Shown here: positions 29,041-41,030 of the stretch, one piece after another | Layout: the number at the start of each line of letters is the position of its first letter | Position numbering within the stretch: position 1 is the stretch's first letter | Translations under genes and position numbers: made by a program | The notes under the pieces: model-generated | Database searches by the model: none | Seen by the model: the letters and a program-made list of their open reading frames with translations, nothing else | Told to the model about the DNA's origin: nothing | Assembly (NCBI GenBank): GCA_951406725.2 | Contig: OX597835.1 | Coordinates: 29,884,001-29,948,000, forward strand | Origin: Octopus vulgaris | Lineage: Eukaryota | Direction of reading: 5' to 3' | DNA length: 64,000 nt

Positions 29041-29112
29041 GTATCTATATATATAGTATATATATATATGTATATATATACATATATATATATATATATG
29101 TATATATATACA

Positions 29113-29170
<58 letters not shown>

Positions 29171-29330
29171 GAGAAAGAGAGATAGATAGATTGATAGACA
29201 TACAGACAGACAGATAGATAGATAGATAGATAGATAGATAAACATACACATACCTACATGTATCTTAACACGCATACAAATATGCACATATACATTCATA
29301 TTCAGCTATGTAGCTATGTATGTACATATG

Positions 29331-29382
<52 letters not shown>

Positions 29383-29663
29383 TATAGATATATACACATA
29401 CACATACACAACCCAACACACGCACACACACACACATGCATGCATAGATGTGCTCATATCAGAATTTAGGTGAATATCATTTAAACATATTAATAGATTT
29501 AACACACTTTGTGGAAAGTAAATTATAATGTAAGGCAGTAAGTCGGAGAGTAAAAAAAAGAGAAAGGACAAGAATGGGGAGGGACGGAGGTGAGGAGAGA
29601 GGTGCAGTGTAGCTGGTGGGAAGAGTGGGAGGGGAAGGCGATATGTATATGTGTCTGTATATG

Positions 29664-29695
<32 letters not shown>

Positions 29696-29988
29696 CGTAT
29701 GTATATGGAGGATGGAGGAGGGGCAGGAGTGGGAAAGAGAAGGAAGTATGAAAAAGGGGAGTGAATGTCGAAAACAGAAGCCTTTAACTAAAGGGACAAA
29801 CACACACACACACATACACACATACAGTCATGTGCACATATATTCGTGTGTGTATGTGTGTGTGAATATATATGTGTGTATGTGTATATATACTTACTTA
29901 TATATCTATATCTATATCTATATATATGTATATATATATACACACACATTTATATTTATATATGTACATTTTCACATACACACCCACC

Positions 29989-30048
<60 letters not shown>

Positions 30049-30548
30049 CATACATACATACCCACACACACGAATGTGTGTGTGTGGATGCATACATGGA
30101 TAGCTATTTATGCACATATATCTGTGCGTGTGTGGTTGTTTATATAAACATATATATATATATATATTTATATATATATGTGTGTGTGTGTGTATGTGTC
30201 TTTGTGTGTGTGTGTGTGTATAACACTTGTGGAATCAAAGAAGTGTAGAAAGTTGGCGATGACGGAAAATAATTGCCAAGAGGAAGCAGCACTAATTGAA
30301 AAATTGAAACTTAAAAGAGCAGAAAAAATACTTCCTCTGAAGTTTTGAATGGTTTAAGTTTTAGGGATTTAGTTGGCGGTGGGGTGCTACTGGTGGTTGC
30401 GTCAGTGGCGGTACTGGGGTACGGTACAGAGGTTCAGACATGTGTGATTGTTGCGTTGGTGATAGTTCTGTAAGTGGTTTATATATGTGGTTGTTGTATT
30501 GGTGGTTGTTATGTGTCGGGTGGTTGTTAAGTGTATGGCAGTTGTGTT

Positions 30549-30963
30549 GGCGGTAGCTGGCAGAAACGTTAGCACGCCGGGCGAAATGCGTAGCCGTATT
30601 TCGTCTGCCGTTAAGTTCTGAGTTCAAATTCCGCCGAGGTTGACTTTGCTTTTCATCCTTTCGGGGTCGATTAAATAAGTACCAGTTACGCACTGGGGTC
30701 AATATAGTCGACTTAATCCGTTTGTCTGTCCTTGTTTGTCCTCTCTGTGTTTAGCCCCTTGTGGGTAGTAAAGAAATAGGTATTTCGTCTGCCGCTACGT
30801 TCTGAGTTCAAATTTCGCCGAGCTCGACTTTGCCTTTCATCCTTTAGGGGTCGATTAAATAAGTACCAGTTACGCACTGGAGTCGATCTAATCGACTTAA
30901 TACGTTTGTCTGTCCTTGTTTGTCCTTTCTGTGTTTAGCCCCTTGTGGGTAGTAAAGAAATAG
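30549..30963 (+). mobile_element. Tandem dimer of SINE family B (second copy 5'-truncated)
   Basis: GTATTTCGTCTGCCG...GCCCCTTGTGGGTAGTAAAGAAATAGG occurs twice. Confidence 0.9.
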
Positions 30964-31705
30964 GTAGTTTTGTAAGTGGTTTATACGTTTGTGGCTGTTG
31001 TGTCGGTGGTTGTACCGAAGTAGTTACATATACGTGCTTTTTGTGTTGGTGATAGTGCTGTGTAATGGCGTATAAATGTGTGGTGATTGTGTTGGTGGTA
31101 GTGTATAGTGGTTGAAGGGTGTGTGGTGGTTGTGGTGTTGGTGGTTATATAGCAGTAGTTTAGATTTGCTTTGCGATTGTAGTAGTGTATAATAGCTTAT
31201 TACATTGTGGTGGTTGTGATGGTGGTAGTATGCTGTGGTTAATGTGTGTGGTGTTTGTAGAGATGGTTGAAGTAAACTGTAGTGGTTTAAATTGTGTAGT
31301 GGTTGCGTTGGCGGTATCATATAAAATTTAAATAGATGTTGTCGTAGTAGTGTTCGTGGTAATGCTGTATAGTGGTTTAGATGTGTGTGGTGGTTGTGTG
31401 GGTGGTAGTACTACATTTTTGTTTAGATTGTGTAGTGGTTGTGCTGGTTGTAGTGTATAAGAGTTAAATAGATGTTGTGGTTGTTGTATTCGTGGTAGTG
31501 CTGTATAGTGGCTTAGATGTATAGATGTGTGTGGTGGTGTTTGTGTTGGTGGTAGTACTACATTGTAGGTTAGATTGTGTGGTAGTTGTATTGGTAGTTG
31601 GATGCTGTGGTTTATAAAAGTGTAGTGATTGTGTTGGTTATAGCACTGTAGAAATGTGTGGTGGTTGTGTTGGTGGTAGTACACTGAAGTGGTTTAGATG
31701 TGTGT
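30964..31705. repeat. Degenerate GT-rich minisatellite
   Basis: Recurrent GTGGTTGTGTTGGTGGTAGT..GTGGTTTAGATGTG variants, also at 30370-30548. Confidence 0.6.
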
Positions 31706-32203
31706 AATGGTTTCTCATATCGGCACACCAACACATTTCTGGCATTAGTGAGTCGCTTCGATAAATGATATATATATATTTTTTAATGAATTATTCAGAC
31801 AAGGAAGGACAACATCCGTGACCCTGCTTTTCTTTTTCTTTTCCTGGCGTCCGACGAGGCCCTTGTGGCAGCGAGAGAGAGAGAAAGGGAAGAAGGGAGA
31901 AGGAAAAGAAGTGAGGTCGGCGGGTAGCAGAGAGGGGTGAGATTTACAGGGGATGTTAGGAAGTTTCTTCTCAGACAGAAGACAATTGTATACCAGGGAA
32001 ATAATGTTGAACGTGTGAACGTGTTGTAACTTTAACAGGCGTACAGTTGTTTAATTGACGGCAACACCAAGAAGAACAACTAATGCATTAGCTATAACAA
32101 CAAGAATAAGGGCAACAATAAAAACGACAACAACACAAAACAGGCCGATCGATCTGCTGGACATAGCAGCAAAGATCTTCCAACAACACATGAATGTTTT
32201 GCT

Positions 32204-32407
32204 CTTTTTACTCTTTTACTTGTTGCAGTCATTTGACTGTGGCCATGCTGGAGCACTGCTTTTAGTCGAGCAAATCACCCCAGGACTTATTCTTTGTAAG
32301 CCTAGCACTTATTCTATCGTTCTCTTTTGCCGAACCGCTAAGTCACGGGGACGTAAATACACAATCATCGGTTGTCAAGCGATATTGGGGAGAATAACAC
32401 AGTTACA

Positions 32408-32463
<56 letters not shown>

Positions 32464-32632
32464 CATATAAACGACGGGCTTCTTTTAGTTTCCGTCTACT
32501 AAATCCACTCACAAGGCTTTGATCGGCTCGAAGCTATAGTAGAAGACACTTGCCCAAGGTGTCACGCAGTGGGACTGAACCCGGAACCATGTGGTTTGTA
32601 AGCAAGCTACTTACCACACAGTCAATCCTACG
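32204..32632 (-). mobile_element. SINE family A
   Basis: Reverse-complement match to family A. Confidence 0.9.
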
Positions 32633-32969
32633 CTTTGTTTTTTTTTAAATAAAAGAGCACGTGAGATTGATGTCGTCTGAAATATGTAGTATTTGGTGGT
32701 GGTCAGAAAAGGAATGTTTTTAATCGCAAGTCTGTTCTGTTCGAATTAGGACCGACATACGATTAAGCAAGAACTGAAATTCTACAATAGCAATAGCAAG
32801 AACAAATACAACAACAATAACTATATAAAAAACAAAAAGCTGTACAATATATATACGTATTCATGTATACTGTTCCCCTATCTATCTTTCTATATATCTA
32901 TCTAACTATTGGTCTGTCTGTCTGTCTGCCTATCTGTCTGTCTGTCTATCTATCTATACTATAATATAC

Positions 32970-33014
<45 letters not shown>

Positions 33015-33107
33015 GGTGTGGGTGGGTGTGAGTGTGTGTGTGTGTGTGTGTGTGCGTGTGTGAGTGTGTGTGTGTGTGTGTGTGATGTGTGCGTGTGTGT
33101 ATATATA

Positions 33108-33312
33108 CTCTTTTACTCCTTTATTTGTTTCAGTCATTTGACTGCGGCCATGCTGCAGCACCGCCTTTAGTCGAGCAAATCGACCCCAGGATTTATTCAT
33201 TGTAAGCCTAGTACTTATTCTAACCATCTCTTTTGCCCAACCGCTAAGTTACGAGGATGTAAACACACCAGCATCGTTTGTCAAGCAATGCTAGGGGACA
33301 AACACAGACACA

Positions 33313-33351
<39 letters not shown>

Positions 33352-33527
33352 GTATACACATATACGACGAGCTTCTTTCAGTTTCCGTCTACCAAATCCA
33401 CTCACAAGGCTTTGGTCGGCCCGAGGCTATAGTAGAAGACACTTGCCCAAGGTGCCACGCAGTGGGACTGAACCCGGAACTATGTGGTTGGTAAACAAGC
33501 TACTTACCACACAGCCACTCATGCGCC
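33108..33527 (-). mobile_element. SINE family A, full length
   Basis: Reverse-complement match to family A. Confidence 0.9.
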
Positions 33528-33606
33528 TATATCTATAAATAATATATATGTACATATAAGTAATATATATATATATATATATATATAAATTATGTATATT
33601 TATATG

Positions 33607-33679
<73 letters not shown>

Positions 33680-33955
33680 ATGTGCGTTATTCCCCGTGAG
33701 AAGATCTTCCTTGAGGATCTCATGGCGCTTATATCGTTGACAGACGAGAATCGTCTGCTACGGCCGAAAAGAATTTCCAGATAATGTGATTTCATCCTGC
33801 GTTAGGTTCCTCAGTGACAGATATCCAGCAACAACCTAGCAGGCGAATCATTCGTGTCGCAAATAGCTTGTAAGCTTATTAAAACGTAATTAATAGCGAC
33901 AGTGGCAGTGATATTGCTAAAATGTAATCTTCATCGCCAACTTAACATTTGAAAA

Positions 33956-34318
33956 CGACGACGCCGTGGTGATCTCATTCTCGCTCACAACATCATAAGC
34001 GGAAAGTGTAACTTCTCGAAAGAGCTTTTCTTCACTCCTGCTCCAGAACGTGGGCTGCTGGGTCACTCCGAAAATCTCTATCTACGACAATTTCATCTCA
34101 ATCGAAGGAGAGGGGCTTCCTCCGTCCGGCTAGCGGATCCGTGGAATAAGCTGCCGGACAAGATAGTGAAGATGTCGACGACCGCTCGGTTCACAGTCTC
34201 TCTTGGCCAGAAATGGCCTGAACTCTTTGTATGACCACCCTCCCTGTACATAACTCCCTGTTCCCCTACATGGCCTCGCTTTTGCTTTTTGAGCCAATAA
34301 CAATTGAATTGAATTGAA
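33956..34318 (+). mobile_element. 3' end of a CR1-group LINE
   Basis: RRRRGDLILAHNIISG..FF..GH..RLADPWNKLPDKIV..F..W* (stop 34232-34234), resembling the CR1 ORF2 C-terminus, with a (TTGAA)n tail. Confidence 0.75.
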
Positions 34319-34439
34319 GGATAAAATGTTTTTCGTGAGCCATTGGTACATGAGGGGCCGGTTCCCTCTATATGAAATCAAGACATTGATAATGAAAATT
34401 ATGACGATGACGATGATGATGGTGATAATGTAAAATAAT

Positions 34440-34638
34440 CCTTTCAACGTTAGGAACAAGATCCTGAAATTAGGGAGAGGTTACATCGACCCTCGTGCTC
34501 AGCTGGTACTTATTTTATCGATTTGAAAAGGATGAAATGCTAGGTCGACCTCGGCGGAATTTGAACTCAGAACGTAGCAACGGGTGAAATACTGCTAAGC
34601 ATTTCGCCCAACTTGCTGACGATTCTGCCAGCTGACCG
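34440..34638 (-). mobile_element. SINE family B
   Basis: Reverse-complement match to family B. Confidence 0.8.
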
Positions 34639-34710
34639 TATTAATAATAATAATAATAATAATGATAATAATAATAATAATAATAATAACAATAATAATA
34701 ATGAATAATA

Positions 34711-34772
<62 letters not shown>

Positions 34773-35334
34773 CATGATGATTCGAAGAAGAAGAAGTAGG
34801 AGGAGACGGTAGAGGAATATGAGGAATATGGTGCTGATGTCAGCGGTGTTAAGGTTGGTGGTTGTTGAAATGAGAAAAATTATTATGATGGCGACCATGA
34901 TGGCGACGAAGATGACGATGATGATAACGACGAGGACGACGATGACGATGACGACGATGACGATGATGATGATGATGATGATGTATGTAATTATGAAGTC
35001 CTTAATTGAAAATATTAATTGTTGCACCAAATATGCGAATATGTGAAGAACAGCTTACGAGATGAGATGTTGTGTGTGTGTGTGTGTGTGTGTGTATGCG
35101 TGTGTGTGTATGCGTGTGTGTGTATTTTTGGATGTGTGTGTGTGTATTTTTGGATGTGTATGTGCGAGCGTATATGTGTGTTTGTGTGAGTATTTTTCTG
35201 TAGCGGGGTAGGTAAGGTTGTAGGCGATGAGGGCGATAGGAAGTGGCTTTGCTGTCAACGCCCGAGGTGATGTCGGCAAGGATGTACAGTAATGATGATG
35301 ATGATGATGATGATGATGATGTTAATGACGATGT

Positions 35335-35383
<49 letters not shown>

Positions 35384-35603
35384 GATAATGATGATGATGA
35401 CAATGATGTTGATGATGCCGATTAGGATGATGATGATGATGATAATGAAAAGTGACGGGGAAGAAGAGACAAATATTTTATTAGAAACTGATACAATAAA
35501 CATTTGTGTGTGTGAGTGTGTGTGTGTGTGTATATATATATATGTGTGTGTGTGTGTGGTTCTGTACGTCTCTGTGTGGGTGTCTCCCTCTCTCTCTCTC
35601 TAT

Positions 35604-35697
<94 letters not shown>

Positions 35698-36656
35698 ATA
35701 CATATATATATATAGATATATATATATATATATATAGATATATAGATAGATATAGAGGGTGAGAGAGAAGGGAGAGAAGGAAGAAGAGAGAGAGAAAGGG
35801 TGCAGGAGAGCGAGAATGAGAGAGTTAATTGGCAATGAATAGTACAGAGTAAACCATATTAATTTTAGTCTTGATGTACAAACATATGGATTCCTAGCAT
35901 GTATGTGCGTGTGTGTGTTTGCGCGCGTATGTGTCTGTATGCTTGTAAGTGCGTCTGTGTGTATGTGTGTGTGTGTGTTTTATCCACCTCGGTTTATCGT
36001 CATTTCTTTATAATCCCCATGTCGGTCGCACATGCGCGTTACACACACACACACACACACAAACATACATAAACGTACAAGCATACACATGCACACACAC
36101 ACGTACTCACACGTAGATGAACACAGATACACAAATATATCGAGACAATGTATGTAATATGTGTTGTAGACTTCAGTTTTCCGCTGGAAACTGATGATAT
36201 GTAACGCTGTTACTCCGAGTTTCTCAGATGTGTCCGTCCGTTCAGTCAATAGACGCATCCAGCCAGAAAAAACGTACTCCTCCGCCTAAAAATAAGAAAA
36301 GAAAAAGAAAAAGACGTGGCTGTAAGGTAAAATGTGTGCTTCCCAGCCACATTGTTCAGGGTTCAGTCTCACTAAGTGGTACCTTGGGCAAATGTCTTGT
36401 ACTAGAGCCCCAGGCCGACCAAAGCTTTGTGGATAGATTTGGTTGACGGAAATTGAAAGAAGCTCGTCGTATATATGTATTTTCTTCTTTTTATATGTTT
36501 AAGCTCAAAGGCAGTGGCCACGCTGGAGCACCGCCATATATATATATATATTCATTAATCAATCAATATAAGGGTAACAAAAAATTCAAGAAAAATTTTC
36601 TGCCGCCAGCGGTCAAGTGAGAGAATAGAAATAGTCACAGACTATATAATACATTC

Positions 36657-36752
36657 AACAAAATATTAAGGAATGACCCTGAGAAGGTCGTTCGACTCAG
36701 CTCTTTTCAAGTGAGTCGAACGACCTTCTCAGGGTCATTCCTTAATATTTTG

Positions 36753-36754
<2 letters not shown>
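36657..36754. repeat. Perfect 43-bp inverted repeat (12-nt loop) ending in (TA)n
   Basis: 36657-36699 is the reverse complement of 36712-36754. Confidence 0.92.
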
Positions 36755-36796
<42 letters not shown>

Positions 36797-36799
<3 letters not shown>

Positions 36800-37051
36800 C
36801 TTAGTACTTATTCAAGCGATGGTGGGGTGACAGATACAGACACACGAACATATGCATACAGGTATATATATAAATATACGACGGGCTTCTTTCAGTTTCC
36901 GTCTACCAAATCCACTTACAGGTCTTTAGTCGGCCCGAGGTTAGAGCAGAGGACGGTTGCCCAAGGTTTCATGCAGTGGGATCGAATCCGGAACCATGTG
37001 GTTGGGAGGCAAGCTTCTTACCACACAGCTACTGATCACACAACCACTCCT
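36797..37051 (-). mobile_element. SINE family A, partial
   Basis: Reverse-complement match to family A. Confidence 0.75.
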
Positions 37052-37112
37052 ATTATACACACATATACACACACACGTTTATGCGCGTGTAAACGCATAC
37101 ACATATATATGA

Positions 37113-37420
37113 ATCTGGCACATCGACGGTTACGACGATGAGTGATGTAGTTTTTCCGAACAACGGAACAGCCATTTCGTGAAATGAACGTGTAAGTGGC
37201 TGAGTATAGCGCAGACACGCGTAGCCTTAATTAGTGACCACGGAGATTCAACATCACAAACAATGTAGCAAGTCTGGCCCTTTTGAAGAACAGGTACAAC
37301 ACATTTTTGACAGCTGAGTGGAATGGAGGAACGCGAAATAACGTGAGATGCTCAAGAACAGAGCGCAGCACCTGGATTCGAAACCACAACGTTATGACCG
37401 TGAGTCGGTAACCTAACGCG
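37113..37420 (-). mobile_element. SINE family C
   Basis: Diverged match to 28561-28878. Confidence 0.75.
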
Positions 37421-37430
37421 CGTGCAAACC

Positions 37431-37567
37431 GGCGAAGGAGTGGTTGCATGATAGGTAGCTTGCTTACGAACCACATAGCACCTTGGGCAAGTGTCTTCTA
37501 CTATAGCCTCGGGCCGACCAAAGACTTGTGAGTAAATTTGGTAGATGGAGACTGAAAGAAGCCCGTC

Positions 37568-37603
<36 letters not shown>

Positions 37604-37817
37604 ATGTTTGTGTGTCTGTGTTTGTCCCCCCCCCCCACATCGCTTGACAACCGATGCTGGTGTGTTTACGGTCCCGTAACTTAGCAGTTCGCAAAAGAAA
37701 ACGATAGAATAAGTACTAGGCTTACAGAGAAAAGTCCTGGGGTCGATTTGCTCGACTAAAGGCGGTGCCCCAGCATGGTCACACTCAAATGACTGAAACA
37801 AGTAAAAGAGTAAAAGT
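37431..37817 (+). mobile_element. SINE family A
   Basis: Head, core, internal (TA)n and tail. Confidence 0.9.
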
Positions 37818-38470
37818 GTATATTGTACAAGGAAATTGATGTTAAGGTATTTTAATCTTATTCTCTCGAGTATAATAAACGTATCAGTTATACGTCGTCA
37901 ATCAGGTCCTTGGGACCCTTCGTAACTTTCGAAAATCTCGGGGATAGAGTTAAAAGTAAGAGTCCTTCAGTATTAGCTGGAGCCAAGACTCAATCGAAAA
38001 AAAAAAGAAAAGAAAACACCCAGAAGAAGTAGAATAATAAATGAAAATAATAGAATTGAGAAAAGCTTCGAACAATTCAGAGATGAAGCTAAATAAACCT
38101 TGATATATTTCGGGTGCAAAGGTTCATATTCAGGAGCGTACAATCAAATAAGCATGTGTCTACATAGATCTTGCTATTTAGATAGTCGGATGAAAACAAG
38201 CTGAGTATGTAGAAAAAAAGCTAAACTTGGGGATTAGAAAGGAAATCTCATACCCATGCGAACTCATGCCTGCACCTTCCTTCACACTGACTTTGGTGGT
38301 TATAGCTCTAAGTGGTAATTAGGGAGAAGCAGCACTACCCAGTATATGAATACTTCGTTTAGGTAAATTAAGATGTTAACTTGTGGAGAAGATGTGTGTC
38401 TACTTACCATACATGCACCCTCCCACACAGGGGTACACTCACGCAGACACACATAATTATGTGTGCGTGT

Positions 38471-38504
<34 letters not shown>

Positions 38505-38717
38505 CAATAATAATTCTCTAAAAGGAATATAGACAGTAACTGCTCGACAACATAAGGGACTAAAGCCATCTGAATATGGCTAGGGACAGGGCAGGGTGGT
38601 GGGGGTGTTACTGTTGCATTTAGCCCCAGGCGAACATCGACGTCACCAGAAAGGCTCGACACCGTCACGGTGCCCTAAACCTGCAAGGGAGGTAATTCCC
38701 CGATGAAGCGGAAACCA

Positions 38718-38763
38718 CACACGGACCATGGTTTCAAGGTGTATTGCCTATCATCGGCGTGTG
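38718..38763 (-). ncRNA. Type I hammerhead ribozyme, unit 1
   Basis: Reverse complement of 40541-40586. Confidence 0.8.
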
Positions 38764-39076
38764 GTAGGCCTCCGCTTCCTCGACGAACTCTCTCCCTGCA
38801 GGATTTTCTTATATAGATTTTCAAGCAAAATACATTTGCTGATTTCGAAAATCTGTTCGAAAGCAATAATAATTCTCTAAAAGGAATATAGACAGTAACT
38901 GCTCGACAACATAAGGGACTAAAGCCATCTGAATATGGCTAGGGACAGGGCAGGGTGGTGGGGGTGTTACTGTTGCATTTAGCCCCAGGCGAACATCGAC
39001 GTCACCAGAAAGGCTCGACACCGTCACGGTGCCCTAAACCTGCAAGGGAGGTAATTCCCCGATGAAGCGGAAACCA

Positions 39077-39122
39077 CACACGGACCATGGTTTCAAGGTG
39101 TATTGCCTATCATCGGCGTGTG
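39077..39122 (-). ncRNA. Type I hammerhead ribozyme, unit 2
   Basis: Same motif, +359. Confidence 0.8.
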
Positions 39123-39435
39123 GTAGGCCTCCGCTTCCTCGACGAACTCTCTCCCTGCAGGATTTTCTTATATAGATTTTCAAGCAAAATACATTTGCTG
39201 ATTTCGAAAATCTGTTCGAAAGCAATAACAATTCTCTAAAAGGAATATAGACAGTAACTGCTCGACAACATAAGGGACTAAAGCCATCTGAATATGGCTA
39301 GGGACAGGGCAGGGTGGTGGGGGTGTTACTGTTGCATTTAGCCCCAGGCGAACATCGACGTCACCAGAAAGGCTCGACACCGTCACGGTGCCCTAAACCT
39401 GCAAGGGAGGTAATTCCCCGATGAAGCGGAAACCA

Positions 39436-39481
39436 CACACGGACCATGGTTTCAAGGTGTATTGCCTATCATCGGCGTGTG
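39436..39481 (-). ncRNA. Type I hammerhead ribozyme, unit 3
   Basis: Same motif, +718. Confidence 0.8.
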
Positions 39482-39794
39482 GTAGGCCTCCGCTTCCTCG
39501 ACGAACTCTCTCCCTGCAGGATTTTCTTATATAGATTTTCAAGCAAAATACATTTGCTGATTTCGAAAATCTGTTCGAAAGCAATAATAATTCTCTAAAA
39601 GGAATATAGACAGTAACTGCTCGACAACATAAGGGACTAAAGCCATCTGAATATGGCTAGGGACAGGGCAGGGTGGTGGGGGTGTTACTGTTGCATTTAG
39701 CCCCAGGCGAACATCGACGTCACCAGAAAGGCTCGACACCGTCACGGTGCCCTAAACCTGCAAGGGAGGTAATTCCCCGATGAAGCGGAAACCA

Positions 39795-39840
39795 CACACG
39801 GACCATGGTTTCAAGGTGTATTGCCTATCATCGGCGTGTG
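39795..39840 (-). ncRNA. Type I hammerhead ribozyme, unit 4
   Basis: Same motif, +1077. Confidence 0.8.
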
Positions 39841-40150
39841 GTAGGCCTCCGCTTCCTCGACGAACTCTCTCCCTGCAGGATTTTCTTATATAGATTTTCA
39901 AGCAAAATACATTTGCTGATTTCGAAAATCTGTTCGAAAGCAATAATAATTCTCTAAAAGGAATATAGACAGTAACTGCTCGACAACATAAGGGACTAAA
40001 GCCATCTGAATATGGCTAGGGACAGGCAGGGTGGTGGGGGTGTTACTGTTGCATTTCCCCAGGCGAACATCGACGTCACCAGAAAGGCTCGACACCGTCA
40101 CGGTGCCCTAAACCTGCAAGGGAGGTAATTCCCCGATGAAGCGGAAACCA

Positions 40151-40196
40151 CACACGGACCATGGTTTCAAGGTGTATTGCCTATCATCGGCGTGTG
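40151..40196 (-). ncRNA. Type I hammerhead ribozyme, unit 5
   Basis: Same motif, intact in the 355-bp unit. Confidence 0.8.
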
Positions 40197-40354
40197 GTAG
40201 GCCTCCGCTTCCTCGACGAACTTCTCCCTGCAGGATTTTCTTATATAGATTTTCAAGCAAAATACATTTGCTGATTTCGAAAATCTGTTCGAAAGCAATA
40301 ATAATTCTCTAAAAGGAATATAGACAGTAACTGCTCGACAACATAAGGGACTAA

Positions 40355-40757
40355 CCTGTCCCTAGCCATATTCAGATGGCTTTAGTCCCTTATGTTGTCG
40401 AGCAGTTACTGTCTATATTCCTTTTAGAGAATTATTATTGCTTTCGAACAGATTTTCGAAATCAGCAAATGTATTTTGCTTGAAAATCTATATAAGAAAA
40501 TCCTGCAGGGAGAGAGTTCGTCGAGGAAGCGGAGGCCTACCACACGCCGATGATAGGCAATACACCTTGAAACCATGGTCCGTGTGTGGTTTCCGCTTCA
40601 TCGGGGAATTACCTCCCTTGCAGGTTTAGGGCACCGTGACGGTGTCGAGCCTTTCTGGTGACGTCGATGTTCGCCTGGGGCTAAATGCAACAGTAACACC
40701 CCCACCACCCTGCCCTGTCCCTAGCCATATTCAGATGGCTTTAGTCCCTTATGTTGT
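40355..40757 (+). repeat. Inverted copy (1 unit plus 44 bp) of the 359-bp repeat
   Basis: Reverse complement of the array unit, joined directly at 40354/40355 and ending in (TA)n. Confidence 0.95.
40541..40586 (+). ncRNA. Type I hammerhead ribozyme (U4C core variant), predicted cleavage after 40580
   Basis: CACACG-CCGATGA-TAGGCAATACACCTT-GAAA-CCATGG-TC^-CGTGTG. Stem I CACACG/CGTGTG (extends GAAGCGGA/TCCGCTTC), stem II AGG/CCT, palindromic stem III ACCATGGT, GUC site. Confidence 0.8.
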
Positions 40758-40933
40758 TATATATATATATATATATATATACATATACACGCACAAATAT
40801 ACATTTATATATCTACAGATATATACAGTATATGTATATGAGTGTATATATATGTATATATATGAGTGTATATATATGTATACATATACATACATACATA
40901 TATATATATATGAGTGTATATATATGTATACAT

Positions 40934-40965
<32 letters not shown>

Positions 40966-40981
40966 GAGTGTATATATATGT

Positions 40982-41030
<49 letters not shown>

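Larger units (their letters stand above)
38503..40354 (-). repeat. Tandem array of a 359-bp unit (5 full units plus about 60 bp), retrozyme-like
   Basis: GCAATAATAATTCTC recurs at 38504, 38863, 39222 (one substitution), 39581, 39940 and 40295. Period is 359; the fifth unit is 355 owing to 3 small deletions. Left flank is (TA)n. Confidence 0.97.

Noticed and set aside
38694-38740. Second, opposite-polarity hammerhead (CCGATGA-AGCG-GAAAC)
   Set aside because: No stem II and no stem I complement after any NUH; it is the antisense of the real stem I extension.
38503-40354. CRISPR-like array
   Set aside because: Units are identical along their whole length with no unique spacers, and the context is eukaryotic.
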